DNA from: Candidatus Dojkabacteria bacterium
GTDB taxonomy: Bacteria > Patescibacteriota > Dojkabacteria > SC72
Direction of reading: 5' to 3'
Assembly (NCBI GenBank): GCA_050950145.1
Contig: JBMNHB010000001.1
Location: 364,820-428,819 of the forward strand
Length of the DNA stretch: 64,000 bases
The position numbers and the translations under genes are program-made. The notes under the pieces were generated by a model, which worked only from the letters and a program-made list of their open reading frames with translations, had not been told where the DNA came from and ran no database searches. Every line of letters begins with the position of its first letter. The first letter of the stretch is position 1. This document shows, in pieces, positions 38,358 to 48,158 of this stretch.

Positions 38358-38489
38358 AAAACTACTTATTATTCAGTATATATAATATTACAGAATTTGT
38401 ATACTATGGTTATTTAAATGAAAAGATAAAAATGGCAGGTACCTTCTTATTAAAGATTAAGATACCTACCAATTAGGTTGAGGTTAACA

Positions 38490-38816
38490 TTAATGTAAGT
38501 GTTTATAACATACATCATCAATACAGAAGATGTAATATCCCTTACACCTTTTTTCTATCACATCTTCCCAATCCCCTGTAACCTCATTGTAAACTTCTTC
38601 AGATACCACATATATTAAATTTTTTACATCTGAAGGAAGTTCTACAATTGCATTTTCTGTAGGAAGTCCTACAACCTTTCCTTCTAGAATTTCTGCGATA
38701 TGGCCGGATTTGGGGATCAAACTGTCATCACCGGTCAAATTTATATAGAAAAAGTTAAAACTTCCTTTTATACCAAGATACTCCTTCCCATCAATAGAAG
38801 CAATACCCTTCTTCAT
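38490..38816 (-). CDS. Hypothetical 108-aa protein with C-terminal Cys cluster
   Basis: C-terminal CKGYYIFCIDDVCYKHLH. Confidence 0.4.
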   Translation of the reverse strand: MKKGIASIDGKEYLGIKGSFNFFYINLTGDDSLIPKSGHIAEILEGKVVGLPTENAIVELPSDVKNLIYVVSEEVYNEVTGDWEDVIEKRCKGYYIFCIDDVCYKHLH

Positions 38817-38950
38817 CTTTATATACCTCCATTTTAAAAGATCTCAACCTATAGCATTATACCATCCCCTTTTACTATTTTCTACTTAATTTCGTTAATA
38901 TAAAATATAAATAAAAGTACAATAGACAGATTAACCACCATTTATCATCT

Positions 38951-39127
38951 ATGAGTGATGAAGCAAGTGAGAACTGGGCTGAAGGGATGAGAGGGTATAA
39001 AACAGTAACTTCACCAAGTACAGATCAAACATATGATGTTCCTCTTAACTCTTGGAGTTCATATGGACCTGAAGGACCAGGATACTACAGAGAATTACCA
39101 AATAATTCATTGGAGAAATTACAATAA
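38951..39127 (+). CDS. 58-aa stand-alone paralog of the C-terminal domain of the downstream 478-aa protein
   Basis: MSDEASENWAEGMRGYKTVTSPSTDQTYDVPLNSWSSYGPEGPGYYRELPNNSLEKLQ* aligns with the last ~55 aa of ORF 39247..40683 (…EKWVEGMRGYETLSSPSTGQTYQVPINSWSLYGPEGSGYYRLLEDGKFEKLQ*). Below the 60-aa ORF-track cutoff. Confidence 0.4.
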   Translation: MSDEASENWAEGMRGYKTVTSPSTDQTYDVPLNSWSSYGPEGPGYYRELPNNSLEKLQ

Positions 39128-39246
39128 TTAAATACATAGTCTACCTAAAGATAATCCTAAGATAACAAGAGAATTTAATAGACTTTACATCATTAAAATA
39201 TCTGCTATTATTTATCTAAGGACTTAATTTTACATATTTAAATAAT

Positions 39247-40683
39247 ATGAAAGAATGCCCTATTCCAGATTTCTTTACTAAACACAAGAAATCTATAATT
39301 ATTTCTATATTATTAATCCTCATAATTGCACTCTTAGGTGCTCTCTATCTAACAGGATCTTTAGAAACAATTCTAAAGGACTTAGGTATTGGTAGAGACG
39401 AGTATTATGCTGAGACTGTAGAAAACGACAACCCTAGTTGTTCGTTCAAGAGGATAGAGTATCCTGAGAACGCCTTTAGTATTGGTGTTCCAAATGGGTG
39501 GTACTATGCGGTTGAAAGCGGTACTGTCTCCATAATGGAAGATGAGACAAATACTACTGCAGTACTCATATATACTGCTAAATCACAGCCAGAATTAACC
39601 AAAGAGGATTTCCTAAATACATTCTCTAAAATCCTAAAAGAAACAGCTGAAGAAGGAGGAGGAACATTTGAGATGCAGGAAATTCAAGAGGTAGAAGAGT
39701 TAGAAGATGAGGTCTATGCAGATGTTGTAGCTCAAATTAACGAATATGATATTAAGGGGAAGATGCATGTTTCTAAAACAAAAGATTTTGTTACATTTAA
39801 AGTATATTGGGCACCAGCTGAGATATTTGAAGAAAGAGAAAGTTTCTTAAAGGAAATTTCTGGGTGTTTTGCAAGAACAAAAGCTCTTACAGATGATATT
39901 TTAACAGCAAAACCAAAAGAAGAAGTAGAGGAAGAGACTCCAGAAGGTTTTAAGAGATACAAAGGAAAATACTTCCAGCTAGATAAGGCTACCGGTTACA
40001 GCATTTCAGAAGAGAAAGAAGCTTTTATTCAGTTAATAGGACCTGATCAAAGAACATTACTTAGCTACATGTACACGACAGAATTAAAAGGTGACTATAC
40101 ACCTAAATTTTGGGCAGAAGAGACGTTTACAGAGGTTAAAGAAATAACAGATCTTACATTAACAGATGAAACAGTATTACATTCTCAAGTATTAGGGTAT
40201 AGTGTACAGGAGTTTAACCTTAGTGCTAAGATGCAAGGAATACCTATTCAGGGTAAAATAACTGTGGGAGTGTATCAACCTCCATACTCTGCTGGAGGGA
40301 CTAAATATGCATCAGCTTACGGATTTGGACAGATGACATTAGCTGAGAATTGGGATAATGTAAAAGATACCTTGCAGAAGATGCAAGATAGTTTTGATTT
40401 TGTTGATAGTAATATGATAAGGAAGAATACATTACTACCAATAGTTGAACCTACTGAGAATACAAGGGCTTCTATTACTGTTCAAAGTAGTGCTTATCCA
40501 AAAAGTTTAGTAACTGAATCTAGTGAGAAATGGGTAGAGGGTATGAGAGGATATGAGACATTATCTTCACCAAGTACAGGTCAAACATATCAAGTTCCTA
40601 TTAACTCATGGAGTTTATATGGACCAGAGGGATCAGGATATTACAGACTGTTAGAAGATGGTAAGTTTGAGAAGTTGCAGTAG
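39247..40683 (+). CDS. Membrane-anchored hypothetical protein (478 aa)
   Basis: N-terminal TM, large soluble domain, and a conserved C-terminal module shared with the upstream mini-ORF. Confidence 0.5.
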   Translation: MKECPIPDFFTKHKKSIIISILLILIIALLGALYLTGSLETILKDLGIGRDEYYAETVENDNPSCSFKRIEYPENAFSIGVPNGWYYAVESGTVSIMEDETNTTAVLIYTAKSQPELTKEDFLNTFSKILKETAEEGGGTFEMQEIQEVEELEDEVYADVVAQINEYDIKGKMHVSKTKDFVTFKVYWAPAEIFEERESFLKEISGCFARTKALTDDILTAKPKEEVEEETPEGFKRYKGKYFQLDKATGYSISEEKEAFIQLIGPDQRTLLSYMYTTELKGDYTPKFWAEETFTEVKEITDLTLTDETVLHSQVLGYSVQEFNLSAKMQGIPIQGKITVGVYQPPYSAGGTKYASAYGFGQMTLAENWDNVKDTLQKMQDSFDFVDSNMIRKNTLLPIVEPTENTRASITVQSSAYPKSLVTESSEKWVEGMRGYETLSSPSTGQTYQVPINSWSLYGPEGSGYYRLLEDGKFEKLQ

Positions 40684-40754
40684 GTAGGGGAAACTACTTA
40701 AATGGCAGGGGATTTAGAGTTCATCGCAATGCTAATACTATAAGTACATGCTTG

Positions 40755-41888
40755 CTATCGAATTATGTGCTTAATTATACTTTTAGCAATAGCATTAGCA
40801 AAAAGAGGTGGAACTGCTTCTCCTATTTGCAAATTCTTAGAACTTTTAGAACCATAAAATAAATAACTGTCTGGAAAACTCTGTAACCTTGCTCCTTCCC
40901 TAGTACTTAAAGGCCTTGAGTCTATTGGGTGAATACATCTTGCAGAAGAGGGTGTTCCTAAATTCCTCGTAATTGTAGTTGATGGTTTATCCCACCATAA
41001 TCTACAATAGGAATTACCAAATCCCGATTTAGGTCTTAATTCTTCTGGGAGATCCTTCGGACTTCCTCCCTCGGGCATCATTTCCATAATTTCTATCAAC
41101 CATTCACTATTCCTAGGAGAAGAGTGCTCCGTCAATTCTCCTTGCATGTTTTTTCTCATTAGTTTTTGGAAATCATTCTGTGGTGGGGTTGCATATTGAT
41201 TCTTTTTATCGTTGTTTGACAAAGAAGGCAAATCACTTATTGCTTCTCCAAGAGTTAAATACGGTTTTAAATTAGAAGAAAAAAGATTTGACCCTATTTC
41301 TGGATTATAATGGGTTGGATTGGGAAATAAATATTCCTTTTTTAACTTTGTCCCAACTACAATAACCCTTTCTCTCTGTTGTGGAACTCCAAAATCTGCA
41401 GAATTTAGCAACTTAGCATATACATTGAATCCTAGAAATTGAAATTCTTTTATAATTCTTTTAAACAACTCTCCTTTTTGCATCGAAAGTAAACCTTTAA
41501 CATTTTCAAAAACAAATATTTTAGGATTTAATTCTCTTAGCATTCGTATATATTCTTGAAAAAGTAAAGCTCTAGGATCGGACATTAGTCTTTTACCAGC
41601 TGTAGAATATGCTTGACAAGGTGGACCTCCAATAACTATATCGATATCTTCAATACTACTATCTATTTCTTTTTCGATATCTTCTTTCGTAAGTTCACAA
41701 ATATCTTTAATAATAACTTTTGTTTCAGGATGATTAAGTTTATAAGAAGTACCTGCATCTTTTAATATTTCATTTGCTCCGATAATATTAAATCTTTTAG
41801 TCAACAAGAAACCATAACTTAAACCTCCAGCACCGGCAAACAAATCAAAAGCATTGTATTTTTTAGAAAAAGAACTTTTTCTATTCAT
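40755..41888 (-). CDS. dcm: DNA (cytosine-5)-methyltransferase
   Basis: Motif I FAGAGG, motif IV PPCQAYS, motif VI ENVKGL. Confidence 0.9.
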   Translation of the reverse strand: MNRKSSFSKKYNAFDLFAGAGGLSYGFLLTKRFNIIGANEILKDAGTSYKLNHPETKVIIKDICELTKEDIEKEIDSSIEDIDIVIGGPPCQAYSTAGKRLMSDPRALLFQEYIRMLRELNPKIFVFENVKGLLSMQKGELFKRIIKEFQFLGFNVYAKLLNSADFGVPQQRERVIVVGTKLKKEYLFPNPTHYNPEIGSNLFSSNLKPYLTLGEAISDLPSLSNNDKKNQYATPPQNDFQKLMRKNMQGELTEHSSPRNSEWLIEIMEMMPEGGSPKDLPEELRPKSGFGNSYCRLWWDKPSTTITRNLGTPSSARCIHPIDSRPLSTREGARLQSFPDSYLFYGSKSSKNLQIGEAVPPLFANAIAKSIIKHIIR

Positions 41889-42687
41889 GTCCTTTGAGTA
41901 TTAACATAATATCTTTATACTGCATTGGTTTCTCAAGTAACTTCCACAAAAAATAGTTTTGATCAATATTGAAAACTGTTTGTCCCTCCATTTGTTGCCT
42001 TGTTATCCAATTTACATTGTCATCAGCAATTTCATCCAATGGTATAAATGCAACCTGTCCATTATAAATATCAAAATGAATAGCCAAAGTTTGTTTCTTC
42101 TTAGTTTTTTTAATTCTTTTTGCTTCAAGAACCTTGTGCTGCTTAATATCATTGATTCCTGTGAACCCAGATTGTATCTCCAATCTTATTTTTCCTCCGT
42201 AAAGTGTTTTAACCTCTAAATCAGCCTTCGGTGTTCTTTTAAAAGTCTCAGGATTTCTTAAATCATCATCTCCTATAAACTCTATTTGATCTAACTCAAC
42301 ACTAAATATTTCTTCTAACGCTTCAAGGAAATATTGAGATATTACATATCCTCTCATCCATGAGAAGTAAACTTGCTCAGGTCTTCTTCCCTGATTATTC
42401 AGGTTTTCTATCATATTATTTGCCTTTAAGATTAAATATGGTTTTGATATATATTCCTCTATAAAAGCATTAATGTTCTTTTGGGATATAGATTTGTCTA
42501 CAACAGAGTTTAGTTTCATTAGTATGTCCTTAAGTCTTATATTTAATTCCTCTATATACTTCCAATCAATATTTGGAGAAATGTCCTTCCCTGTAAGAAA
42601 ACTCTTTGCTGAATCTTGAGAAGAAAACCCCAATTCGGATCTGTATTCTCTAAAATAATTGGCATCTATCATTGGAAATCCTGACAT
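41881..42687 (-). CDS. Putative Type II restriction endonuclease (partner of the adjacent m5C methyltransferase)
   Basis: 268-aa ORF immediately upstream of the methyltransferase, overlapping it by 8 nt. No homologs are recognisable by eye, which is typical of REases. Confidence 0.45.
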   Translation of the reverse strand: MSGFPMIDANYFREYRSELGFSSQDSAKSFLTGKDISPNIDWKYIEELNIRLKDILMKLNSVVDKSISQKNINAFIEEYISKPYLILKANNMIENLNNQGRRPEQVYFSWMRGYVISQYFLEALEEIFSVELDQIEFIGDDDLRNPETFKRTPKADLEVKTLYGGKIRLEIQSGFTGINDIKQHKVLEAKRIKKTKKKQTLAIHFDIYNGQVAFIPLDEIADDNVNWITRQQMEGQTVFNIDQNYFLWKLLEKPMQYKDIMLILKGHE

Positions 42688-42812
42688 TTTAAATTTAAAT
42701 TCAATTTATCATTCTTTCTATTTTACATTATATAAGGAATTAATTCACATTACTTGTAGTATTTTAGGACATATTTACACCCACACTTTCATATGATATC
42801 TTTAAATGACAT

Positions 42813-44048
42813 ATGTGTGATACACTATGGACTAAACAAAACCAATACTCTGTATTACTTAAAAACAGTGACAGATCTGTAAATGAACCCAATCTAGTAC
42901 TCTTCTTTCCATCAGGTAATGCTAGAGGAGAGGTAGAATGTACATACATATCCATACCTGATCCCAAAGAACACTACGCTATACTCCTTGTAAAACCATC
43001 ATGGATATGGGGAGCCGAAATGGGAATAAATGAATATGGAGTAAGTATAGGGAATGAAGCAGTATTTACAAAATCTAAAAACAAAAAAACTCCATCCCTA
43101 ATAGGTATGGACTTCATAAGACTAGCTCTTGAAAGAACTAAAACAGCTAAACAAGCATCAGAAGAAATAATTAAATTACTCTTAGAATACGGACAAGGAG
43201 GAAACTGTACCTTTGATAGAACATTCTACTATGACAACTCATATATAATTGCAGATAAAGAGGAAGCATACATACTAGAAACAGCAGGGAAAGAATACTC
43301 CCTTAAAAAAGTAGAACAATGTGCAAACATCTCCAACAGACTATCACTAGATAACTTCGCACAAAAACACACAGAACCAATAATTACATTCTTCTCAGGA
43401 TCTAAAAGTAGAATGGATATGGGTACAGAAAACTTAAAGAAGATAAAAGAACATGACTTAGAACAATACTTCAATATTTTAAGACTACATACAACCACAC
43501 AAGAGAAAGCAATTAAAAATGGAACATCTACTAGCATATGTATGCATGTGGGAATATTAAAAGACCACTCAACTGGTAGTATGGTATCAATTGTAAATGA
43601 TAAAACCATAACAATATGGATAACGGGAAGTTCCTCACCCTGTCTATCAATCTTTAAACCTCTCTACTTTAACCCGACAGGAGAGTTTGTAGTACCACCA
43701 TGCTTTACAAACGAGCAAGAAAGTCTAGAATACTGGCTAAAAAGAGAAAAACTAAACAGATTAATATATACAAACAACATAGATCTAAATGAATGGATGC
43801 AAAAAGCAAAAACACTAGAGAAAGAATTTATAAAAGAAGACAGGAAACTAACCTCACAAAACGCATCTCATTCAGAACTAGTAGAATTCTCAAAAAGATG
43901 TAGTCAAAAAGAAGAAAATTTAGTAAATGAATATATTGATAAAATTAATGCATTTGATTACAAAAAACTACCTAGATATTGGTCTAAGAAATCAAAAGAT
44001 TTAGGAAAGAATGTATTTGAAAGAGAATTATGGAAAAGAAAAGGATAA
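42813..44048 (+). CDS. Peptidase C69-family (Ntn-hydrolase dipeptidase-like) protein
   Basis: N-terminal MC (Cys2 nucleophile) and the GQGGN block characteristic of C69 dipeptidases. Confidence 0.65.
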   Translation: MCDTLWTKQNQYSVLLKNSDRSVNEPNLVLFFPSGNARGEVECTYISIPDPKEHYAILLVKPSWIWGAEMGINEYGVSIGNEAVFTKSKNKKTPSLIGMDFIRLALERTKTAKQASEEIIKLLLEYGQGGNCTFDRTFYYDNSYIIADKEEAYILETAGKEYSLKKVEQCANISNRLSLDNFAQKHTEPIITFFSGSKSRMDMGTENLKKIKEHDLEQYFNILRLHTTTQEKAIKNGTSTSICMHVGILKDHSTGSMVSIVNDKTITIWITGSSSPCLSIFKPLYFNPTGEFVVPPCFTNEQESLEYWLKREKLNRLIYTNNIDLNEWMQKAKTLEKEFIKEDRKLTSQNASHSELVEFSKRCSQKEENLVNEYIDKINAFDYKKLPRYWSKKSKDLGKNVFERELWKRKG

Positions 44049-45166
44049 AGATTGTAATAGCTCCAGACTCATTCAAAGGAACAATGACCTCCCTTACAGC
44101 AGGTACAATCATTCAAGAAGAGATAGAGAAGGGTATACCTAATGTAGAAACTATTAGATTCTCAGTAGCAGATGGAGGAGAAGGAACAATAGATACCTTC
44201 TATGAAAATTTTAATGGAGAGTATGTAGAAGATATCTTCACCTCACCAAACTTTACTAAGAAACATTTTAAATATGTAAAGTTTAACAACAGTGCTGTTG
44301 TAGAAGCAGGACAATGTGCAGGATTTCTTTTTGCTAATCCTAAAAACCCTATGCATACTACTAGCTTAGGTATGGGAGAACAGATTAATCATGCAATATC
44401 AAAAGGTGTGAAGAAAATTTACATTGCACTAGGTGGAAGTGCTACCAATGATGCAGGTACAGGTCTACTCTCAGCTTTAGGAGTTAAGTTTTTTGATAAA
44501 GATAACAAAGAATTCATACCAATAGGTTCTACATTAAAAGATATTGTAAGGATTGATAATACCTTACTAAAAGAAAAGATTAAGGATATTGAATTCACCC
44601 TCCTCTGTGATGTCCTTAACCCCCTCTATGGAGAAAACGGTGCTGCATACATATATGCTAAACAGAAAGGTGCAAGTGATAATGAAGTTGTACTTCTTGA
44701 TGAAGGATTGCAACACTTCTCTAATATTGTAAAAGAACAATTTGGTGTTGATTTATCAATAAAAGAAGGTGGAGGTGCTGCTGGTGGAATAGGTGCATCA
44801 TGTTCATTCTTTCTTAATGCAGAGATTGTACATGGTATAGACCTAATCTTAGATATCTGTAATTTTGATAATGCTATAGAAAATGCTGATTTAGTAATAA
44901 CAGGGGAGGGGAAATTTGATAGAAAATCTATGATGGGAAAAACAATTAGTGGTATTGTAAAAAGAACTGTTAAAAAGAATATTCCACTTGTTATCTTTGC
45001 TGGTAGAAATGAATTAGATGATGAGGAATTAAAGAAAAAATATTTAATACAAGATATATATGAAGTAGCTTCTCCTAATCAAACATTTGAAGAAATCAAA
45101 AAGAATTGTAAAGAAGATTTAAGAAGAAAAGTAAGAGATTTTTTAGATAGATATGATAAAGTCTAA
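44030..45166 (+). CDS. Glycerate kinase
   Basis: Conserved blocks IAPDSFKG, ADGGEGT, GGSATNDAG and VITGEGKFD. Confidence 0.85.
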   Translation: MEKKRIKIVIAPDSFKGTMTSLTAGTIIQEEIEKGIPNVETIRFSVADGGEGTIDTFYENFNGEYVEDIFTSPNFTKKHFKYVKFNNSAVVEAGQCAGFLFANPKNPMHTTSLGMGEQINHAISKGVKKIYIALGGSATNDAGTGLLSALGVKFFDKDNKEFIPIGSTLKDIVRIDNTLLKEKIKDIEFTLLCDVLNPLYGENGAAYIYAKQKGASDNEVVLLDEGLQHFSNIVKEQFGVDLSIKEGGGAAGGIGASCSFFLNAEIVHGIDLILDICNFDNAIENADLVITGEGKFDRKSMMGKTISGIVKRTVKKNIPLVIFAGRNELDDEELKKKYLIQDIYEVASPNQTFEEIKKNCKEDLRRKVRDFLDRYDKV

Positions 45167-45241
45167 ATAATATTTGCTTAAAGAGAATACACATTTGATG
45201 AAAAAATCATCAATTGGTCGCGTGTATTCTCTTCTAGCACC

Positions 45242-45895
45242 TTAGTTTATTCTCCTAAGAAGGATAAATAACCTTTCAGAAGAGTATCTATTTCTTGGTT
45301 CAATACAAGTCACTAGGACAAAATCACTAGTATCTTGTATTAAGGGGAAAATGTTAAAAGACGAGATACTTCTGCTTTCATAATCAGCAACTAAAAAGTC
45401 TACAACTTGTAGACATTTTGAGTCACTGATACAAATCAGAGTATCTTGAAGAGAATTATTCAAGTATAGTTGTCTTAAAGCCTCTCCAAATTCATAATCC
45501 CACGGAAGACTTGTAAATCTACCCGAATGGGTATACAGAATTTGGCGATCCTGAACAACTATCCAAGAATTCTCATTATAGGATAATAGCCCTGTTACTT
45601 CCTGTACAGTGCAGTTAGTAGAGCATGTCAGAATTTGTAAATCTTTTAACATACTCTCTGCATTGATGGTTCCACCAGTATAAAATCCTTCCAATACCTC
45701 TATCGTAGGAATTGGAGTTACAGTTGGTAGAACTATAGGAGTTGGTTCTATGATAGGAACCTCAGTAGTAACAGTTGGAACATACACGTACACCTCAGTA
45801 GGAATAGAAAGAGAAATTACTTTCTCTTCCACTATACCTGTTGGTGTAGCTTCAATGGAAGGAATTCTTATATATAGTGTTAATATAACTAACAC
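45242..45895 (-). CDS. Secreted protein with Pro/Thr/Val-rich N-terminal linker
   Basis: N-terminal hydrophobic segment and a PT-rich region. Follows the PT-repeat surface-protein gene by 19 nt. Confidence 0.45.
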   Translation of the reverse strand: MLVILTLYIRIPSIEATPTGIVEEKVISLSIPTEVYVYVPTVTTEVPIIEPTPIVLPTVTPIPTIEVLEGFYTGGTINAESMLKDLQILTCSTNCTVQEVTGLLSYNENSWIVVQDRQILYTHSGRFTSLPWDYEFGEALRQLYLNNSLQDTLICISDSKCLQVVDFLVADYESRSISSFNIFPLIQDTSDFVLVTCIEPRNRYSSERLFILLRRIN

Positions 45896-45914
45896 TATTA
45901 AGAAGAATATTATT

Positions 45915-46619
45915 CTAAACCCCTTTCCGTTTAGAACGAAAAAAGGTTAAAAGCGTACAACCTAATAGGAATAGTATACTACCACCAACAGTATAATACA
46001 GAACTGGATTACCATTACCTCCTGTTGGAGGAATGATAACATCAGGAGTAGGTTGTGGTTGTGTTGGCTCCGTCGGCGTAGGCGTAGGATCCACAGGTGG
46101 CTCCGTTGGTGTGGGCGTAGGATCCACAGGTGGCTCCGTTGGTGTAGGTGTAGGATCCACAGGTGGCTCCGTTGGTGTGGGCGTAGGATCCACAGGTGGC
46201 TCCGTTGGTGTAGGTGTAGGATCCACAGGTGGCTCCGTTGGCGTGGGCGTAGGATCCACAGGTGGCTCCGTCGGCGTAGGCGTAGGAGTTATAGAACAAT
46301 CCACATAAAAACTCGCATGACTTAAATCATGTGGACATGGATTTAATACTAGATGGAACACCCCCTCTACAGGAGGGTTCACCGGTACTGCCCCAGAACA
46401 ATACGTGGCAGCCTTATAACAATAGGCCGTCACGTAACAACCAGTGGGAATAGAAAAATCATAGGAACACCCACTTAGGTTGTCTACCTTATACCAATTA
46501 CCATCCTTAGGACAGGTCTCCTGTCCTTGAGGAATGTTCTTATCCACACTGGGCATTGAAAAGCCCAATGAGAAAATAAGAACTAATACAACAAATAGTA
46601 AAACTACTATTCTTTTCAT
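45915..46619 (-). CDS. Cell-surface protein with 6x PTPTPTEPPVD tandem repeats and a sortase-type C-terminal sorting signal
   Basis: Signal peptide and a Cys-rich domain, then six 11-aa repeats. The C-terminus is IPPTGG plus a hydrophobic segment plus RSKRKGV (LPXTG-like). Confidence 0.6.
   Translation of the reverse strand: MKRIVVLLFVVLVLIFSLGFSMPSVDKNIPQGQETCPKDGNWYKVDNLSGCSYDFSIPTGCYVTAYCYKAATYCSGAVPVNPPVEGVFHLVLNPCPHDLSHASFYVDCSITPTPTPTEPPVDPTPTPTEPPVDPTPTPTEPPVDPTPTPTEPPVDPTPTPTEPPVDPTPTPTEPPVDPTPTPTEPTQPQPTPDVIIPPTGGNGNPVLYYTVGGSILFLLGCTLLTFFRSKRKGV
46066..46288. repeat. 33-bp tandem repeat (~6.75 copies) with alternating variants (66-bp higher-order unit), GC-rich
   Basis: Unit ggctccgt(y)gg(y)gt(r)gg(y)gtaggatccacaggt repeated head-to-tail. 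It encodes the PTPTPTEPPVD repeats on the - strand. Confidence 0.9.
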
Positions 46620-46826
46620 TGTAACTCCTTTTAAGAGACAGAAATAGTATTCCCGAATAGACTTTTAAGGTGCTATGTTAAAATTTTAAAACGACTAAAT
46701 ATTTAGCGACCAAGCTCATATTCAATCAAAATTTCAACATGTTATTATATCATGAAATAAAGAAAAAAAAACATTGTTTTTATGCGATTTCTTCTAGCTC
46801 AATTTTATATAATAGTAGTGATATAA

Positions 46827-48008
46827 TTGGGAATGAAACCAAAGGTAATATTTATTACTCTTCTAATACTCTTTTTTCTCTCTCTTCTTTCTCTCATCGT
46901 ATCAATACAATATCAGAAAAGAAATATTCAAAAAGAAGAAACCACAATTGAAGAAATTATAGTTGAAGAGTCAGAACCTCCAGAACCACAAAAACCATAT
47001 GAAGAAATACTTCTTTCTCAAATGACACCAGAAGAAAAAGTAGGTCAGATATTTATGTTTGGGGTAGAGGGAAATACTACACTAACTCCACAAAACAAAC
47101 AATTTCTAATAGATTCTAAAGTAGGAGGAGTACTACTAATGTCTAGAAATATTACAAATGAAATACAACTAAAAACATTAATAGAGGAAATACAAACAAC
47201 TAACACTATTCCTTTGTTTATCTCAATAGATCAAGAGGGTGGGGTGGTATCTAGAATTAAATGGAATCCAACACTAATGATCTCCCAAGCATCAATAAAA
47301 TCACCAGAACAAGCATATACTGTTGCAAAGAACAAAGCAGAGATTCTTAAAAGTATAGGTATTAACATGAATTTAGCACCAGTTGTAGAGAATTCTTCTA
47401 ATGCTAATTCTTTTATCTACCAAAGAACATTTAGAGGTAGTATTGATGACATTGTAAACAAAAGTATAGCTACTGTAGATGGTTACGAAGAAGTAGGTGT
47501 AATTTCTGTGTTAAAACACTATCCAGGACACGGTACTACTCTAACAGACCCACACTACAAACTACCAAGAGTAAATATTACAAATGAACAGTGGGAGCAA
47601 TATACAGAAACATTTAGAAGAGTAATAGCAGAAGGTAAAACAGATGCTGTAATGATAGGACATATACTATTTCCAAATATTGATGCTAAACCAACTACAA
47701 TATCATCCGAAATTATTTCAAATAGGTTAATTAAAGGTTTAAATTATCAAGGTTTAATCATATCAGATGATATGGAAATGGATGCCCTAGTCCTATCAGG
47801 GAGTCCTACAGAGGTCGCTAAAGAAGCATTACTAGCAGGAATAGATATCTTAATATATAGTAAATACACACCTGATAATAGATATTCTCAAAATATTGTT
47901 TACAACTATATCCTCTCAGAAGTAAAGAATGGGAATATAGATATTGATCAAAAAGTATTAAAGATATTAAAGGTGAAGATAAAGTATGAAATACTACCTA
48001 TTAAATAA
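46827..48008 (+). CDS. Glycoside hydrolase family 3 beta-N-acetylhexosaminidase-like (NagZ-like), membrane-anchored
   Basis: GH3 N-terminal domain blocks (SIDQEGG, KHYPGHG) and an N-terminal TM anchor. Confidence 0.8.
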   Translation: MGMKPKVIFITLLILFFLSLLSLIVSIQYQKRNIQKEETTIEEIIVEESEPPEPQKPYEEILLSQMTPEEKVGQIFMFGVEGNTTLTPQNKQFLIDSKVGGVLLMSRNITNEIQLKTLIEEIQTTNTIPLFISIDQEGGVVSRIKWNPTLMISQASIKSPEQAYTVAKNKAEILKSIGINMNLAPVVENSSNANSFIYQRTFRGSIDDIVNKSIATVDGYEEVGVISVLKHYPGHGTTLTDPHYKLPRVNITNEQWEQYTETFRRVIAEGKTDAVMIGHILFPNIDAKPTTISSEIISNRLIKGLNYQGLIISDDMEMDALVLSGSPTEVAKEALLAGIDILIYSKYTPDNRYSQNIVYNYILSEVKNGNIDIDQKVLKILKVKIKYEILPIK

Positions 48009-48123
48009 TTCTACGAAGCAAAATAATAGGTCATAGTAAGTAATATAAAAAGAGAATTGGTTATTGTATTAACACCCTTTTTATAAATATAATTTATTTC
48101 CTTATCCTTTAGTGTATTATGCT

Positions 48124-48152
48124 TGACATCTGTAATTACCAACCTTAGCATG
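48124..48152 (+). promoter_or_regulatory. Sigma70-type promoter: TTGACA, 17-nt spacer, TAGCAT
   Basis: Perfect -35 hexamer at 48124..48129, a 17-nt spacer, and -10-like TAGCAT at 48147..48152. No ORF follows. Confidence 0.4.
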
Positions 48153-48158
48153 AGTTAT

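Noticed and set aside
38951-40683. Possible diversity-generating retroelement template/variable repeat pair (mini-ORF versus C-terminus of the 478-aa protein)
   Set aside because: The nucleotide differences are not restricted to adenine positions and fall mostly at synonymous sites. No reverse transcriptase gene is nearby.
45182-45232. 11-bp inverted repeat AGAGAATACAC...GTGTATTCTCT as a regulatory operator
   Set aside because: It lies between two convergent gene ends with no promoter context. It is most simply a weak bidirectional terminator and is not reported as a feature.
46033-46325. Three overlapping ORFs (both strands) across the 33-bp tandem repeat
   Set aside because: Frame artefacts of the repeat. 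Only the - strand frame encoding PTPTPTEPPVD continues into a protein with a signal peptide and sorting signal.
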